64,000 nucleotides of DNA, from assembly GCF_009914755.1 (NCBI RefSeq), contig NC_060939.1, one strand, 5' to 3'. Origin of the DNA: the human T2T-CHM13v2.0 reference genome, Homo sapiens. Position 1 is the first letter of the stretch; each line of letters begins with the position of its first letter. The position numbers and the translations under genes were made by a program. The notes under the pieces are model-generated. The model ran no database searches and was not told where the DNA came from. It saw only the letters and a program-made list of their open reading frames with translations. Shown one piece after another: positions 14,024 to 28,640 of the stretch.

Positions 14024-16542
14024 GTGAGTGGCCCGAGGGGGGTGTGGTCAGTGGGGCTGCTCCAGAAAGTGGGGCTTTCAACTGAGAGGAGATGCCGTGT
14101 GATGGGGGTACACCCTGCTGGCGTCAGGACGGAAGGTGAAACTGTCGGCAGGGAGAGGGGCCAGCTGTCCCTGCTCACTCGCCATCACGCGTTCATGCAC
14201 ACTGCCAGGGTGTCACACGTACACGCTGAGCTTCCCACTTCCCATTTAGGGGCCATGTGTTCATTCCCATGCAGCTATTTACTGTGAGCCTGGGGGGGCC
14301 AGCCCCCATGCAAGCCCTTAGAGCAGGGCCTGCCATTCTGGAAGGAGCAGACTTTTACACCCTGGGCGTCTCGATGCACACCTGCTGCTGGCTCCCCGAT
14401 GGCTGCCAGCCTCACCACTGGCTCTATCCAGGTCATCTAGTCAAGGCCTTGCTCCCTGCAGGCTTTGTCTCACCTTTGAGTCCACCAAGGACAATCTGGC
14501 TGCCCACAAGCCCATTGACCTGCAAACAAGTAGAGAAGGGAGCTGCTGGCAGGGGCTGGCTTTTGGCATGTGCTTCTGTCATCTTTAGTGACGTGCCTTT
14601 CCATCCCTGGGTCTCCATTTGCAGAAAGTATCTGGTCCACTCCTTTGTCATTGCTTTATCATTGCCACCCCACTGGGCCACTCTTGTCTGGAAAGCTGTG
14701 CCCTGACCTGGGTGGCTCCTGTGTTTCCAGAAGGTGGTGACAGACCAGAGTGAGTGGCCCAGAGGACATGGGGGACAGAAAACCCACCCCTGAAGAATGG
14801 TGCAGGATACTGGGGGTGGGGGGTGACCCAGAGGATGACGACAGAGGCAGGACACTGAAGTCATCTTATGGAAGGGGGAAGACTCAAGTCGCTGGGCTCC
14901 AGAGGGTGTCCTTGGTCCCTGAGGACAGGATGAAGAGGCCCACCCCACCTCAGCCAGATAAGGAACAGAGCCACTCATAGGGGGCTGGTCAGCCTCCAAG
15001 AGAGGTCCCCCTAGAGTGACCAGGAGGTTGTATAGACAGTGGTTCCCAGGATGTTTTGTTGGTTTGGTTTGGTTTGGTTGACAGCAAAGCCCTTTCTTCA
15101 GCAAAATCGTACCCAGTCTGTAAAAGAGATTGCAAGTGGAGCTGCTTTGGTTGACTTGGAGTGGAGGGGCCTCACAGCCCACCTACTTGCCTTCTCCCTT
15201 GCCCTCTGAGGCACCTCTAAGAAACTGCCAGGCCTTCTGGAGCACGGTTTTAAAACCACTGGGATAGATGCTATGGTCTTTTCCAGCCCTGAATTTTGAT
15301 TGCAGATGATAAAAATTGAAGCCATGAGAATATTCCGCCAGCATTTGCCACGCAGGTGCAAGGCAGAAGCTGTCACCCTCAGGGTGGGCTCCCTCTCCCT
15401 GGGCCTCACCCTATGTTCCACCCTGCGAACACTGTGGGATTTGGTCCTGATGAAGATGCTGCCATCTTGTCAGGGATCCCCCAGTAGGGAATCTTCATCA
15501 AACTGGAATGTGTTTGGGTCTCACTTCAGAAGCCTTCGGAAGGCTGGGAAGGCTCTGGGAGATCACCTGGTTCACTCCCCTCATTTGACAGATGGGGAAA
15601 CTGAGGCCAAGAAGGATGAGGGTCACATAGTGAATCAGGCTCAGAACCAGAAGTGGAGCCTAAGACCCCTGACACCCACCAGCGCTCTTTCGGCTGCTCA
15701 CTCCCTGCAGTCTGCTCAGGGCCCTGTTCTTGGCTCTGTCCATGAGAACATCCACCCCCGCTCGGGGCAGGATCAGCGCCTTCTGGGTCTTTCTTCCAGC
15801 TGTGAACAGCCGCACACCCTCACACTAATGGATTTTGAGAGCCCCCTTTGTGACGCTCTTCCCAGCTGTCCCGCCCTTTTCCTGACACATCAGGCATCAC
15901 GGAGCTACCGGGAGCCTCAGGAGAGAGACGTGCTGGTGAACAGATGGGCGTTAATTTGCTACTCTTGCAAATTAACCCTGGGTGTGAACTGGCTTCAGCA
16001 GAGATTTGAGGAGGCAGCGGCATCTTGGGGCGGCCTCTGGACCTGGAGATGGGTCTCAGGGACACGTGGCCGGTCCTCAAGCAGAAAAGTCCCAATGTCT
16101 CTTCTCTGCTGATTCCTGCAACAGCCAGGAAACATCTGGAGGTGCAGAGGCTGTGGGTGGAAAGGAGACTTGGAGAGAGGAAATGTGGAGGGTTCTAGAA
16201 ATCAGGGGCAAGAGAGGCATGTGACCGAGGCTTCTGAAGAGTCAGGAAGGGCTGGGTTTCGAGGGGTGCGGGAACAGTGTGAGGAGAAAGGCTGTGTTAA
16301 AGTCAGGAGTGGACACTGAGACTTCCAGGAGCCCAGAGCTACTCTGAACCCACAGAACCACCAAGGGAGGTGTCCGTGGGACTACTGCTGGCTGGTGGAG
16401 CACAGGGCCCTCAACCTCAGAGGCCAGGCTTTCTCTTCTGGGTCTCACTATATCAGTTATAAATAGGATCATCTGAGTAACAGAGACTCAGAATAACAGT
16501 GTCTTAACACAGAAGCGTATTTCATTCACGTGAAAGTCTGCA

Positions 16543-16849
16543 GGCCAGGCATGGTGGCTCATGCCTGTAATCCCAGCATTTTGGGAGGCTGAGGCAGGCA
16601 GATCACCTGAGGGCAGGAGTTTGAGGCCAGCCTGGTCAACCCTGTGAAACCCCGTCTCTACTAAAAATATAAAAATTAGCTGAGTGTGGTGATGCACGCC
16701 TGTAATCCTAGCTACTGGGGAGGCTGAGGCATGAGAATCGCTTGAACCCAGGAGGTAGGGGTTGCAGTGAGCTGAGATCATGTCACTGCACTCCAGCCTG
16801 GGTGACAGGGTGAGACTCGGTCTCAAAAAAAAATAAAAAAAAAAAAAAG
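16543..16849 (+). mobile_element. AluS
   Basis: Full dimeric Alu with poly-A. Confidence 0.94.
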
Positions 16850-17147
16850 AGGTCTGTGGGAAGGTGGTCCAAGACAGATATGGCCTTGACTACAGTCACT
16901 TACTCCCTGTAGTCAAGAGCCCAGGCTCCTTCTGTTTTTCTGTTTTGTTGCTCTGCTGCACTTAGCCTACTTTTCAAAGCCACCTCATGGTCCAAGATGG
17001 CTGCTTCCGTGCCAACTATCACATCCTCATCCTAGCCAAGAAGGAGGAAGGGAAGAGGATAAAGAGGCAAAAGGAAGGCCCACTGCCTTCTCATTTTAAA
17101 CATCTTCATCCAAATATAATTCACATGCCGTAAAATCCACCCATTTA

Positions 17148-17450
<303 letters not shown>

Positions 17451-18450
17451 TCACAATTCAGTGGTTTCTAGTATATTCAGAGTTCTGCAGCCATCACCAA
17501 AAAATCTAAGTCTGGAGTGTTTTCATGACTCCAAAGAGAAAGCCTACACTCATCAGAGTCACTTCCCATGTCCACCTCAGCCCTAGGCAAGCACTAAGCT
17601 GCTTTCCATCTCTATAGAGTTGCCTGTTCTGTTCCATTACATTTCATATAAATGGAATCATGTGACGTGGTTTTTCTCTGCTGGCCACTCTGATTTAGCA
17701 TCATGTGTTTGAGGCTCATCTGTGTTGTGGCTGGTGGCGGGACTGCACCCCTTTTCATTGCCAAGTAGTACTCCACTGCATGGCTAGACCACAGTTTATT
17801 CACGCATTCATCGGCTGATGAACATTTGGGTTATGTCTACTTTTTGACTGTTAGGAATAATGCTGTTATGAATGCTCATGTGCGAGTTTTGTGTAGACAC
17901 ATGTTTTCCTTCCCCTAAGGTACCTAGGAATGGAGTTTCTGGGTCATATGGTCACTCTCTGTTTAACACTCTGAAAAACGGACAAACCGTTTCCCTAAGT
18001 GGTTGCCCCGTTTTCCTTTCCGCCAGTGTGTGCAGGCTCCAGGGCCGCCCCATCCTCACTGGCCCCAGCTCCTTTGTGAAGAAGGCTCCTGCAGCTGCTG
18101 CATGCCACCTCCACTAGCATCCTATGGTCCAGAAGGTGGTCTTGTGGCCACCCATAGCTGCAAAGGAGGCTGGAAAATAGTCTTTATTCCAGGCAGCTGT
18201 GCACACAGCCCAAAAGTATGGGTTCTAGCACTATGGAAAACAGGAAAACAGCTACCCTGGACACCATGAGCGAAGGCTGTGGCCCTCTGTACTTTCTGGA
18301 TGCTCTCGGGTACCTGGACATTTCCCCTTCTAGATCCACAGAAATGGCCCAGGGCCTCGAACCTGCTGCTGCCTGAATGCTGGGCCCGCCCTTCCCTAGT
18401 CCAAGCCCTGCCACTGCTGAATTCTTTACAGGGCTGTCTCTGTCTTCCAG

Positions 18451-18566
18451 CCTACGTCCTGCCAGTGAAGCTGGAGATGGAGATGGTTATCCAGCAGTAC
18501 GAGAAGGCCAAGGTCATCCAAGACGAGCAGCTGGAGAGGCTGACGCAGATCTGTCAGGAGCAAGGG
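18451..18566 (+). CDS. TMEM266: TMEM266 coding exon, start of post-S4 coiled coil ((A)YVLPVKLEMEMVIQQYEKAKVIQDEQLERLTQICQEQG)
   Basis: Acceptor tgtcttccag|, donor GGG|gtaatg; 116 nt, phase 1 to 0. Confidence 0.95.
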
Positions 18567-20170
18567 GTAATGCACTGCCACTTTCGGCTCTGTCCGTGGT
18601 CTTGCTGGGGACACTGGTAGTGCCTAAAGCCATGGGTTGCTAGAGCTGCAGGGGCACCAGAGGTCAGGGAGTTCCTCCAGCCCCTTGTTGGACTCATGGG
18701 GAACCTGAAGCCCAGAGAAGGGGACACATCTCCAGGTTCACTGATGTATAGCCCAGCCAGGCATGGACTCAACCCTGACTCCCAGGCCAGGGTTCTTTCC
18801 ACTGTAGCACGGTGACTCTTCAGCTCCCCAACCTGAGTCTGCCAAGTCGCCCCCTCAGTTCATCAGAGTCTTCTCGGAGACATGGTCGGTCTCTAAAGCC
18901 AGTCGCTAATTCTGTCTGCTGAGGGTTGCTGGGCACCATGGTATGCCCATTGCCACGCGGGACGCCCAGGGCCCCAGAAAGATGCTAGCGGTGCTCTCTA
19001 CCCTCCAGGAGATGTGATGCAGACTCAGAGAGGCAGGTGGTGGGCCCTGCAAGGATGGGCTCAGCAGAGGCAAGGGGGACTGGCAGCTGGGCCAGGGGCA
19101 CCCTGTCGGGAATCCAGAGACCTGCATTCAAGGCCTAGCCCTGCTGCTCCCACCCCGCCGGACTCCGGCCAAGTTGGGCCACCCCTCTGCCCTCAGTTCC
19201 TTCCTCTGTAAGATGAGGTGGCTGCTCCCATGTGAGTGGGACAGAGGAGTTCAGAGGAGGGGGATTGGGGTACTCAGGAGGGGGTGGCTGCTGGATCCCG
19301 CAGCAAGGCTGAGAGCTCTGTAGAAGTGCAGCTCGGTGTGCAGGGAAGGGTCCGGTCCCAGGCTGTAAGGTGGGAATGCTACTGAGGGGACTGGCAAGGT
19401 GGTGGGAATGTGGGGGATGGTCCAAATGACATGCATGGTCATTCCCATTCTGCCCGATGGATTCTGGGGAGAGGACAGGGCCACTGCCCCCAGCTGCGCA
19501 AGCCAGAGACGCTAAGCCTGTGGCTCTCTGTGCCCAGGGCCAGGCGAGTTCTTCACGGGCTGTCTTCCAGCCCAAGTCCTGCCAGTGAAAGTGGAGGAAT
19601 GCCCGTGGCCGCATATTGATGTGGGCACTGAGCCCTTCTGGCTTGCAGTGCGGTGAGGATGGGCACCCCTGGGCTCCCTATTCCTCCCCCATTGCTGGGT
19701 GCCCAGGCAGTCTCCAAGGTGGCCTCAGGGTTGAGGTCTCATGTGGCGTACAGGCCTGCTATGTGTCTGCCCGTCCTATCGACCTCCTCTCTCATGTGTC
19801 TGGTGCATAAACACCCCGACTGTGCCAAGTGGAGTCACCTGTCATTTTGACAAGCCCTGTGCCATGCCACCTCTTGGGTTTTGGTTGCGCTGTGCCCCTT
19901 GCCTGAATCCCCGCCCCTTGCAAGCTCTGTCTGTCTAATTCAAGTCCTAGCCTCTCTACAGAGCATGTTCCCCCCGCCAGTAGCCTCTGCACCTCCTCCC
20001 CCAGCCCTGCAGCAGCCCTCACTTGTCCACATTCACAGGGCACTGGGCACTCACTGCCATGGTCAGTGCTCCTTTATGCCTGGGGCAGCTCTTCCCGCTG
20101 AAATAGATGCCCCCTGAAGGCAAGCCTTAGTCCAACTCACATCCGGCCCCAGCCAGCACTCCGCGCGTTG

Positions 20171-20260
20171 TAGGTCTTGGTCAATGTGTGTTCAGTGTAT
20201 GTCGTGGGTCTTGGTAAATGTGTATTCTGTTGCGGGTCTTGGTAAATGCATATTCACTGT
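20171..20260 (+). repeat. Degenerate ~28-35 bp tandem repeat x3 (core ggtcttggtaaatgtgtattc)
   Basis: ggtcttggtcaatgtgtgttc, ggtcttggtaaatgtgtattc, ggtcttggtaaatgcatattc. Confidence 0.8.
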
Positions 20261-20604
20261 ACCTGTTGGCTCCTCGACCAACCCCAGCCTCTCACAGTTT
20301 TGGGGTGGGGGACACGTCTGTGGAATGTCACAACAAAGTGATCCTGGGAAATGTCCCCACAGGAACACGCACACAGTGTCTTCAGAATCATCCCCTCGGA
20401 ATGTCTGTCAGGAAACCAATCTTTTTATCTGCTTTGGGAACACTATGACCTTTTGTTTCGCACAGAATGCCTATGCGTGACAAGAGGGGTCATCAGGGGA
20501 CATGGCCCTCAGGGGCACGTTGTCCAAGGTGTCCCGAGAGCAGGGCAGGCTATGGAATCCTAGACTAGGAAGAGAAGCATTCCCTTCCTGAGGAGCTGGC
20601 ATCA

Positions 20605-21270
20605 GCTTCATTCATTCTCTTGCCATATCGCGTGGTTAGCCAGCACCGTCCAGAGCTGCTCTGTGCTGGGCTTGTGCCGGGCATGTGGATGCCGCCTAGG
20701 ACAGGGTGTGACCCTCGTCCTCACGGGGCTCTGGGTGACTCAGGGGGTTTGGCAGCCCATAAATAGGCAGTGGAAATCTGGTGCAATGCCTGTATCACAT
20801 GGGCACGTCCCGGGCTCTGCAGGCCAGGATGGGGAAGGCTTTCCAGAGGAGCTGATGTGGAGCAGAGCCCTGGGGAGAAGGCTGCCAGGCAGAGGGAACA
20901 GTGTGGGGTGTGCGAGTGGGTGCAGTGCCCCCGGGGTTCGGGGCCATTTAGAGGGTGAGCAGAGGGAGGCAGTAGGATTGGGGACAGGCTTGGGAAGGGG
21001 CTCTGTGGCTGACCAGAGAGTTTGGGCTTTATCCTGCTGGGACAGAGGAAGCCTGGAGGATTAAAAGCAGGACTGGGGGATCTGCTCAGATGTGAGTTGT
21101 TGATGGAGCCTTCTGGCTGCCGTTGGAGGCTGGATGGAGAGGGCAGGGTGGAGACAGGAAGACTGGGGACAGAGGCTGGAGAAGAAGGTGAGAGAAGCTG
21201 GGCTTTAGGCAGAGGGGGCTGCAGGGAAGTGGGGAAAGTAAAGTGCAGGGTGTCATCCAGAAAGCGACTG
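20605..21270 (-). mobile_element. Old L2 fragment
   Basis: ttcattcattc start; gggaaggctttccagaggagctgatg; gagtttgggctttatcctg. Confidence 0.6.
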
Positions 21271-22686
21271 GAAGCCGATCAGGCAGTTCTCATTCTGCTG
21301 TTGAATAGGAAAACAAATGCTCTACTTCACTGCAGTTGGCAACGTGAAAGACACGGACACAGGGCTGCATCCGCCCCTCATAAATTCGCAGCCTCCCAGC
21401 CCAGCAGGGAACGCGCTGACCCTGCCGCACACCTCACCTCAGCCACACATGCGCCACGTGGCCAGGAGAAAATCCTAATGGCAACCCCACCTCCCAGGGT
21501 TTCCACCATGACCTCTGTCCGGAGCCCCCCGGGGACCCCAGGTTCCTGCCGTCCTGGTTCAAGTCACCTCCACATGTGGCCTCCTTCCCGGGGGTCTCAG
21601 CCGGAGGGAGACTCCCTTGCATTCTGCACAGGAAAGAGCCAATAAATAAAGACAGATTCCCTCTAGGTAGCGACATCTGGAAAAGAGATGAACAGAAACG
21701 AACCATTTTAATTTAAAAAACACCTGAAGCCTGTCATCTTAGTTAAGACAGCAGAAAGGGCCAGACAGGCTGGACTCCCAGTGGGGCCACCGGGGAGGGT
21801 GGGGGCTGCCTGGCCAGAGGGACCAGGAGGGCAGCTCTCCTGGAGTCTGTGGTGCCCACTCCACAGAGCGAAGCAGACAGATGCCTCACTTGCAGCTGTA
21901 TTTTCAGACCTGGTTTGAGACTTGACTGGGTAACAGATACCCTGGAGGAAATGAGACTGTGGGCCCTGGAATGTCAGAGATGGCTAGACCCTTGGAGACA
22001 GCAGCCCATGGAATGGTTGAGAATAGACTTGGTTCTAAATAGACTTTGAGCTGGCTTCGAACCCAGGTGTGTCTCTCTTTAGAACACTTACTGGCCTTGT
22101 GGCTTTGGGCATTAATGGGACATCTATGGGCCTTGGTTTTCCTAATCTGAAAAATGGGTGTAGTAATAGAATCCTCGAAGGATGGTGATGAGATCGTAGC
22201 CTAAAGCCTGACACATGATGGGTAGCAACTAATGGGTGTGGACCCCGAAGTCCACCAGCCCCACCACACCTGCCCCACACACCCATTTTACAAATAAGAA
22301 AACTGAGCAGTGGCAGCTCGCCTTGGGGGCACACAGCTAGTCCAGGGGGGCATAGAACCAGCTGTCCTAACTGTGAACACTGTTCTTTTCCAGCCCATCA
22401 CGTTGAGCCTCCTTTTTCCTACTCATGGCACTTAGCACTCAGCAAAAACATTGATCAGATTATGCATGGGGTATTTTATACTGCAGGCACAGACCTGGCT
22501 CCCCTCAGCTGTCTCAGTGGCAGCCCCCAACCCCGTTCCAGGACAGTCTAGTATTCCTTGTGACAAACTCTTGCTGTCTCCTTGCTGGAATTCTCAGAGT
22601 ATAATGAAGACATTTCCAAACTGAATTCACATATGCTGCCTGAAAAATTGACATTTACCAATGAAATGTGTTAGGGTCCCAGTTTA

Positions 22687-22873
<187 letters not shown>

Positions 22874-22964
22874 CGCTTTTCACTCCCTTGCTCTCTTGCT
22901 GGGGTGTGTTTGTACAACTATTTCAACTATTTGCCACAACTTCACCCAGCTCTTTTTAAAAAAA

Positions 22965-23490
22965 TAAACTTTATTTTTTAGAACAGTTTTATATTGACCA
23001 AAAAATAGTGAAGCAGGTGCAGAGTTCCCTGTATCCCTTGTGCCTGGCTGCCCATCATTAACATCATACACTAGTATCATTTGTTACAATGAACAAACCC
23101 ACATTGATACGGTACTCAGGTTTTCTTAGTATTTAATCTGTTATGTCCTCTGTTTGCTCCACGTCGCATTCAGTAGGCTTAGGCTCCTCCTGGCTGTGGC
23201 AATTTCTCAGACTTTGTTTCTGATGACCTGAAGGGTTTTGGGGAGCACTGGTCGGGTGTTTTTGTTTTACAGGATGCCCCTCTGTTGGGATTCGTCTGAT
23301 GTTTTTCCCAGGGTAAGCCTGGGGTTGTGGGTTTTGGGAGGAAGACTGCAGAAGGAAAGTGCCATTCTTATTGTCTCACATCAAGAGGACACACTGGCCA
23401 CGTGACTTCTCACTGTGATGCGGCCTGGATCACCCGGCTGGGGCAGCGTGGGTCAGGTGTCTCCACTGCACAGTTACTCTCTGTTTCTTC
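22965..23490 (-). mobile_element. L1M (L1MC-like) 3' fragment
   Basis: actttattttttagaacagtttt...ggctgtggcaatttctcagactt...gtgccattctta. Confidence 0.6.
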
Positions 23491-23497
23491 ATCTTAA

Positions 23498-23821
<324 letters not shown>

Positions 23822-25249
23822 TAAGAAAGATTACATTGCTTCTTACCGTGACCCTGTGGAGACTCTCAGGTGAGCCTGTTGGCCAGTTTCTTGCATGAAT
23901 ATCTGATTCATTTCACCTTCTGTGCTACATGGCAGTTCATTTCTTGTCACAGGCCCACATGCAAGGTGCTCCAGAATCACCTTATATAACAGATGAAAGG
24001 TCCCTGGGGAGGGCAGCTGGCCCAATCCAGGATTTGGCAGATGGGGCATCTGAGGCTCAGAGAAAGGGAGAGGTGGGCCCAACGTGGCACAGCAGTTATG
24101 AGGCCAGGACGAAAACAGGTCTCTTGTTGCTCATTCCAGTGCCTTCCCTCCTGGATCACGCTGGCCCTCTGGCTTTGACAGGGAAACAGGCTTCACTGCT
24201 TCCCTCATTCCTATGATCTCTTCTGGTTGTGGACACACCTCATCCTTAACAGATTCCTACTTGGGGAGGGGTGCCTAGAGGATCCCGGGAGGGGAGGAGG
24301 TCTCTCTGCTGGTCAGTCATACCATTCCAAAGCCCTGGCCATGCCTTCTGCAGTCCCTTCCAGACTCCCCGCTGCTGTGATAGAAGCACATGGCTTCTGA
24401 CCCCTGAATTCAGCAATTCCTCAATTCCTTAGGTGGAAGTTCTTTTCCATTCTTTTTGTTTGTTTGTTTGTTTTTGGTGAGGGGTGGATCTTGGCCAGAA
24501 TTTCATGACGAGTTAGGCTCGCTGGTACACAGATGGAGTCCAAAGTCACGATGCTAGAGGCTGCCCTTCAGAGAGACGGTGTGGATGCCTTGTCTCTCTC
24601 TCTGTCTTGGCTGCTTCAGAAACCAAAGCCATTTTAGATGCAGCAGTTAAATCAATGCAACGATATACTCTTCTGACTCATCTCACGAAACCACCTCTGA
24701 GGTTTTATGTACCTCCATGCGTGGGATCTCGCTCTAGTTCCGAAACACATTCTGAAGTCTCCGTTACACCCGCTCTTTCATGTTTAAGCCTGGTAACAGC
24801 TTTTGGTACAAAAGAGTATGATCTGACCTGGCCCACTGTGGAAGTTAGTTTCTCTTCTCTGACGTTCTGCTTCCTCAGCACCATTCACCCTGAGATCATT
24901 GGCAAAATACTGAGGGATATGAGGCTCAATCCGGGGTGACTCAAGGTCCAGCCTCCAAGGAGACCAGTGGGACCTGTGAGCCCCTTAGGACATCCTTAGA
25001 CCTTGGGAAAGGTGAGTCCCTTGTCGGGGAGCTTGGAGGAGTGGAAAGAATCCTCTTATTCGGGGAGCCAGCAAGCCAGATTCAAACCTCAGCCCCACCA
25101 GTGACCAGTCATCTTCCCTTTAACCCCTGAGCCTCAGCTTCTCATTGGGGAAATTGGAGGTAACAAGGCCTACATCGTGTGGATGCCATATGCATCAAAT
25201 TAAATCTGGCCTGCTGGAGGCTTTCAGTAAGGGTTAAAAAAAAGAGAGA

Positions 25250-25569
25250 GGTCGGGTGCGGTGGCTCACACCTGTAATCCCAGCACTTTGGGAGGCCGAG
25301 GCGGGCAGATCACGAGGTCAGGAGGTCGAGACCATCCTGGCTAACACGGTGAAACCCCGTCTCTACTAAAAAAAAAAATATATAAAAAATTAGCCCGGTG
25401 TGGTGGCGGGTGCCTGTGGTCCCAGCTACTCAGGAGGCTGAGGCAGGAGAATGGCATGAACCTGGGAGGCAGAGCTTAAAGTGAGCCGAGATCATGCCAC
25501 TGCACTCCAGCCTGGGTGACAGAGCGAGACTCAGTCACAAAAAAACAAAACAAAACAAAACAAAAAAAA
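25250..25569 (+). mobile_element. AluY
   Basis: gatcacgaggtc, accatcctggctaacacggtg, gaatggc diagnostics. Confidence 0.93.
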
Positions 25570-25829
25570 CTACTAAATGTATCTATATGATGGTTGCTCA
25601 TTCACAAATGCACTGTCATGTTTTAGCTCATTTTTCCTTTGCTGGTGAAAGTTGGCAGGCTGGGTACTATTAATCCCTTCACATGGAAAGACTGAGGCTC
25701 AGAGAGGCTATTCTTTGGCCAGATCCTGTAGTTTTTCATGGAGGGACTAGGAAAGAAACCCAGGGCTTCAGTGTCCATTTCCCTGCGCCAGAAAGAGGCA
25801 TCTGCCTGAGTCACTGATAGTTAGGGTGA

Positions 25830-26414
<585 letters not shown>

Positions 26415-28019
26415 TGAAAATGGTGATATTGCTCTGCCCCCGTTTTATTGGCAAGAGTCAGTTGCACAGTACCAACTAGGGGCACCAGATGATGTCAGAA
26501 GTGGTCTTTGTGCCCAAGAAGAAAACAGTCGCCTGCACAGTCACCCAACCCATAAAACAAGGCCAATGGGCTCACAACATTCCCTACCCTTTCCCCGGTT
26601 CCACCACAGCAGGCGGCACAGCCACACTTATCAAAGTCCTTCCTGGGGGAATGCCATGCCTCCCTGGCCTGTTTTCCTGAAGAAACAAGATGATAATCTT
26701 GACCCTGCAAGCTGTAGGCATTTCTGATGGAGGAAGATGTGAGGAGAGGAAGCTGTCACGCCCCCCCTCCATCCCCTTCGCTGTCTTTCACGTGGAGGAA
26801 CCGGAGCAGACGTGGGAGGTGGTGGGTGGTCTGATTGGGAGCCAGGGCCCATCTCCCCATCCAGGCCTCTCGCTGGACCCCATTGTCCCCTGGTTTTCTG
26901 GACCCCTGAGAGAATGCCAACGGCTCTGCGTAGGTCACTCGCCTTTGAGGCTGGGCTAGCAGCTCAGAAAAGGGGCCAAAGGGCAGGAATAGCAGGAATA
27001 AAGCCGTGGTTCCATGCTGGCTCCAGGGACGGGGCTTGAGGCTGGCTCATTCCAGAGAGCTCCTTCTTTTCCTACAGAGGCCACAAGTTCCCAGCTCAGC
27101 ACAATAGCCTTTGTTACCTGGATTATTCAGGATCTCCACTGTGGGAAGTGAAATTTTTTTTAAGATGGGAAGTGATTTGTAAAACAGCCGATAGCTTTAA
27201 TGACAAGCCTATTTAGCTGATAAAATCAGCCATCAGAGGAATAACTTATGTTATCCTTTTGCCATAATTTAAATTTATGGCCAACTACCAGTCATCTTCA
27301 CAGTGGATGGAAAGGGGCCAAGGTCGATCTCAGCTTTACTCTGCTCCTAAATCATTAGTTTGCAACTGTCTCCTGATTTTTATTGTTACCAACAACGGTG
27401 AAACTAATGGAAATAAACATTGGATGCTATCCCAACAGCAGATGGGTTTGAAGGCAGGGCAGCCTGTGCAGACAGCACTAATAGGATGGAGCAGAATTAC
27501 TGCTATTGCATTAGATACCATCGAGCTTCTGGCCAAAGTGTGCATTGATCAGGACAAGGCCCGTGTCAATTGGACTCCACAACCGGACCATTAAAGGCAG
27601 AGAAGCGCTGGGTGTGCCCGTCCTGCCGCCCCGGTGGGTCTGACCCCTCCTGGGCTTGCATTAAAAGCCCGGCCCCGATGGAAGGGGCCTGACTCACTCC
27701 AGTAATGCATACTGCAGGCTTCCCTGTGGATCCCAGATGATCTGGGCAGGTTATCTGATTAGAAATACTTAGCTAATGATGTGCACTAAATGGGGCTGTG
27801 ACTGCACTTTAATTCTTCCCAAGCCTAGGGATGGTCTTTTTTTCCCACCGGGCCCATTTGCCAATGGAAGATTTGCTTCATCGGAGCCACTGTGCACCTT
27901 CTTTTCCTAAGGCACAGGCCCGTGTGAGCCCTGGGGAGCCCCGTCCTGTTGTGTTTCTTCCTGTTTTCAGCAGTTTGACTGCAAGGTGCTTCTGTGTGGA
28001 TTTCTGTGGGGTTTTTTGG

Positions 28020-28640
28020 TATTTATTCTGCTTAGGAGTTTCTTAAATTTGTGGATTGATGTTTTTTATTAGATTTGGGAAGTTCTTGGCCATGGTTTCT
28101 TTATTCATTGCACCTGTCTCATTCGTCTCCTCTTGGAGCTCCAGTTGTACCTGAGGCCATTTGATTATGTCTCACGTTTCTCTTAGATCCTACTCTGCTC
28201 CACTATTCATTCTCTCTCTCTCTCCCTGTCTCCTTTTTTAATGGCTGTAAGTTTTGATGTTTTTCTATAGACCTGTCTTCAACAACCCTACTACGTCCAA
28301 TCTCCTGTTAAACCCATCCAACCAACTACTCAATTTCAGATACTGTATATCAAGATTCTAAAAGTTTGATTTGATTCTTTTTATAGAGTCTAACTCTCTG
28401 CTGAAACACTACGCTCATTTTGTCTGTCTTTCTCCCCTATTTTTGTTAACATATTAATTGTAGTTATTTTGAAGTCCTTGTTTGTTCACTCAAATATTTA
28501 CCCAGGTCAGCTTCTATTAACTGTTTTATGGCTTGATAACCACATGTTTTTCTGCTTACTTGCATGATGAATGATTCTCATGGTGTGCTACACATCATTG
28601 ATGATGCATTTTAGAGGCTGTGAATTCTGTTATCCTTCTC
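28020..28640 (-). mobile_element. Old L1M/L1ME fragment
   Basis: T-rich; tttgggaagttcttggccat, ctgttaaacccatcca...ttcagatactgtat. Confidence 0.5.

Noticed and set aside
14433-15182. 249-aa ORF on the - strand (likewise 4438-5127, 21022-21645, 41103-41714, 51152-51832)
   Set aside because: Expected by chance in GC-rich DNA; no homology I recognise and no supporting exon structure
15300-16112. 270-aa ORF on the + strand
   Set aside because: Intronic, non-ATG start, runs through a MIR (HLTDGETEA), no recognisable domain
20171-20260. Repeat-spacer-like pattern reminiscent of CRISPR (also 13286-13326, 56851-56893)
   Set aside because: Only 2-3 degenerate adjacent units, no unique spacers of constant length, no cas genes, eukaryotic context; ordinary slippage repeats
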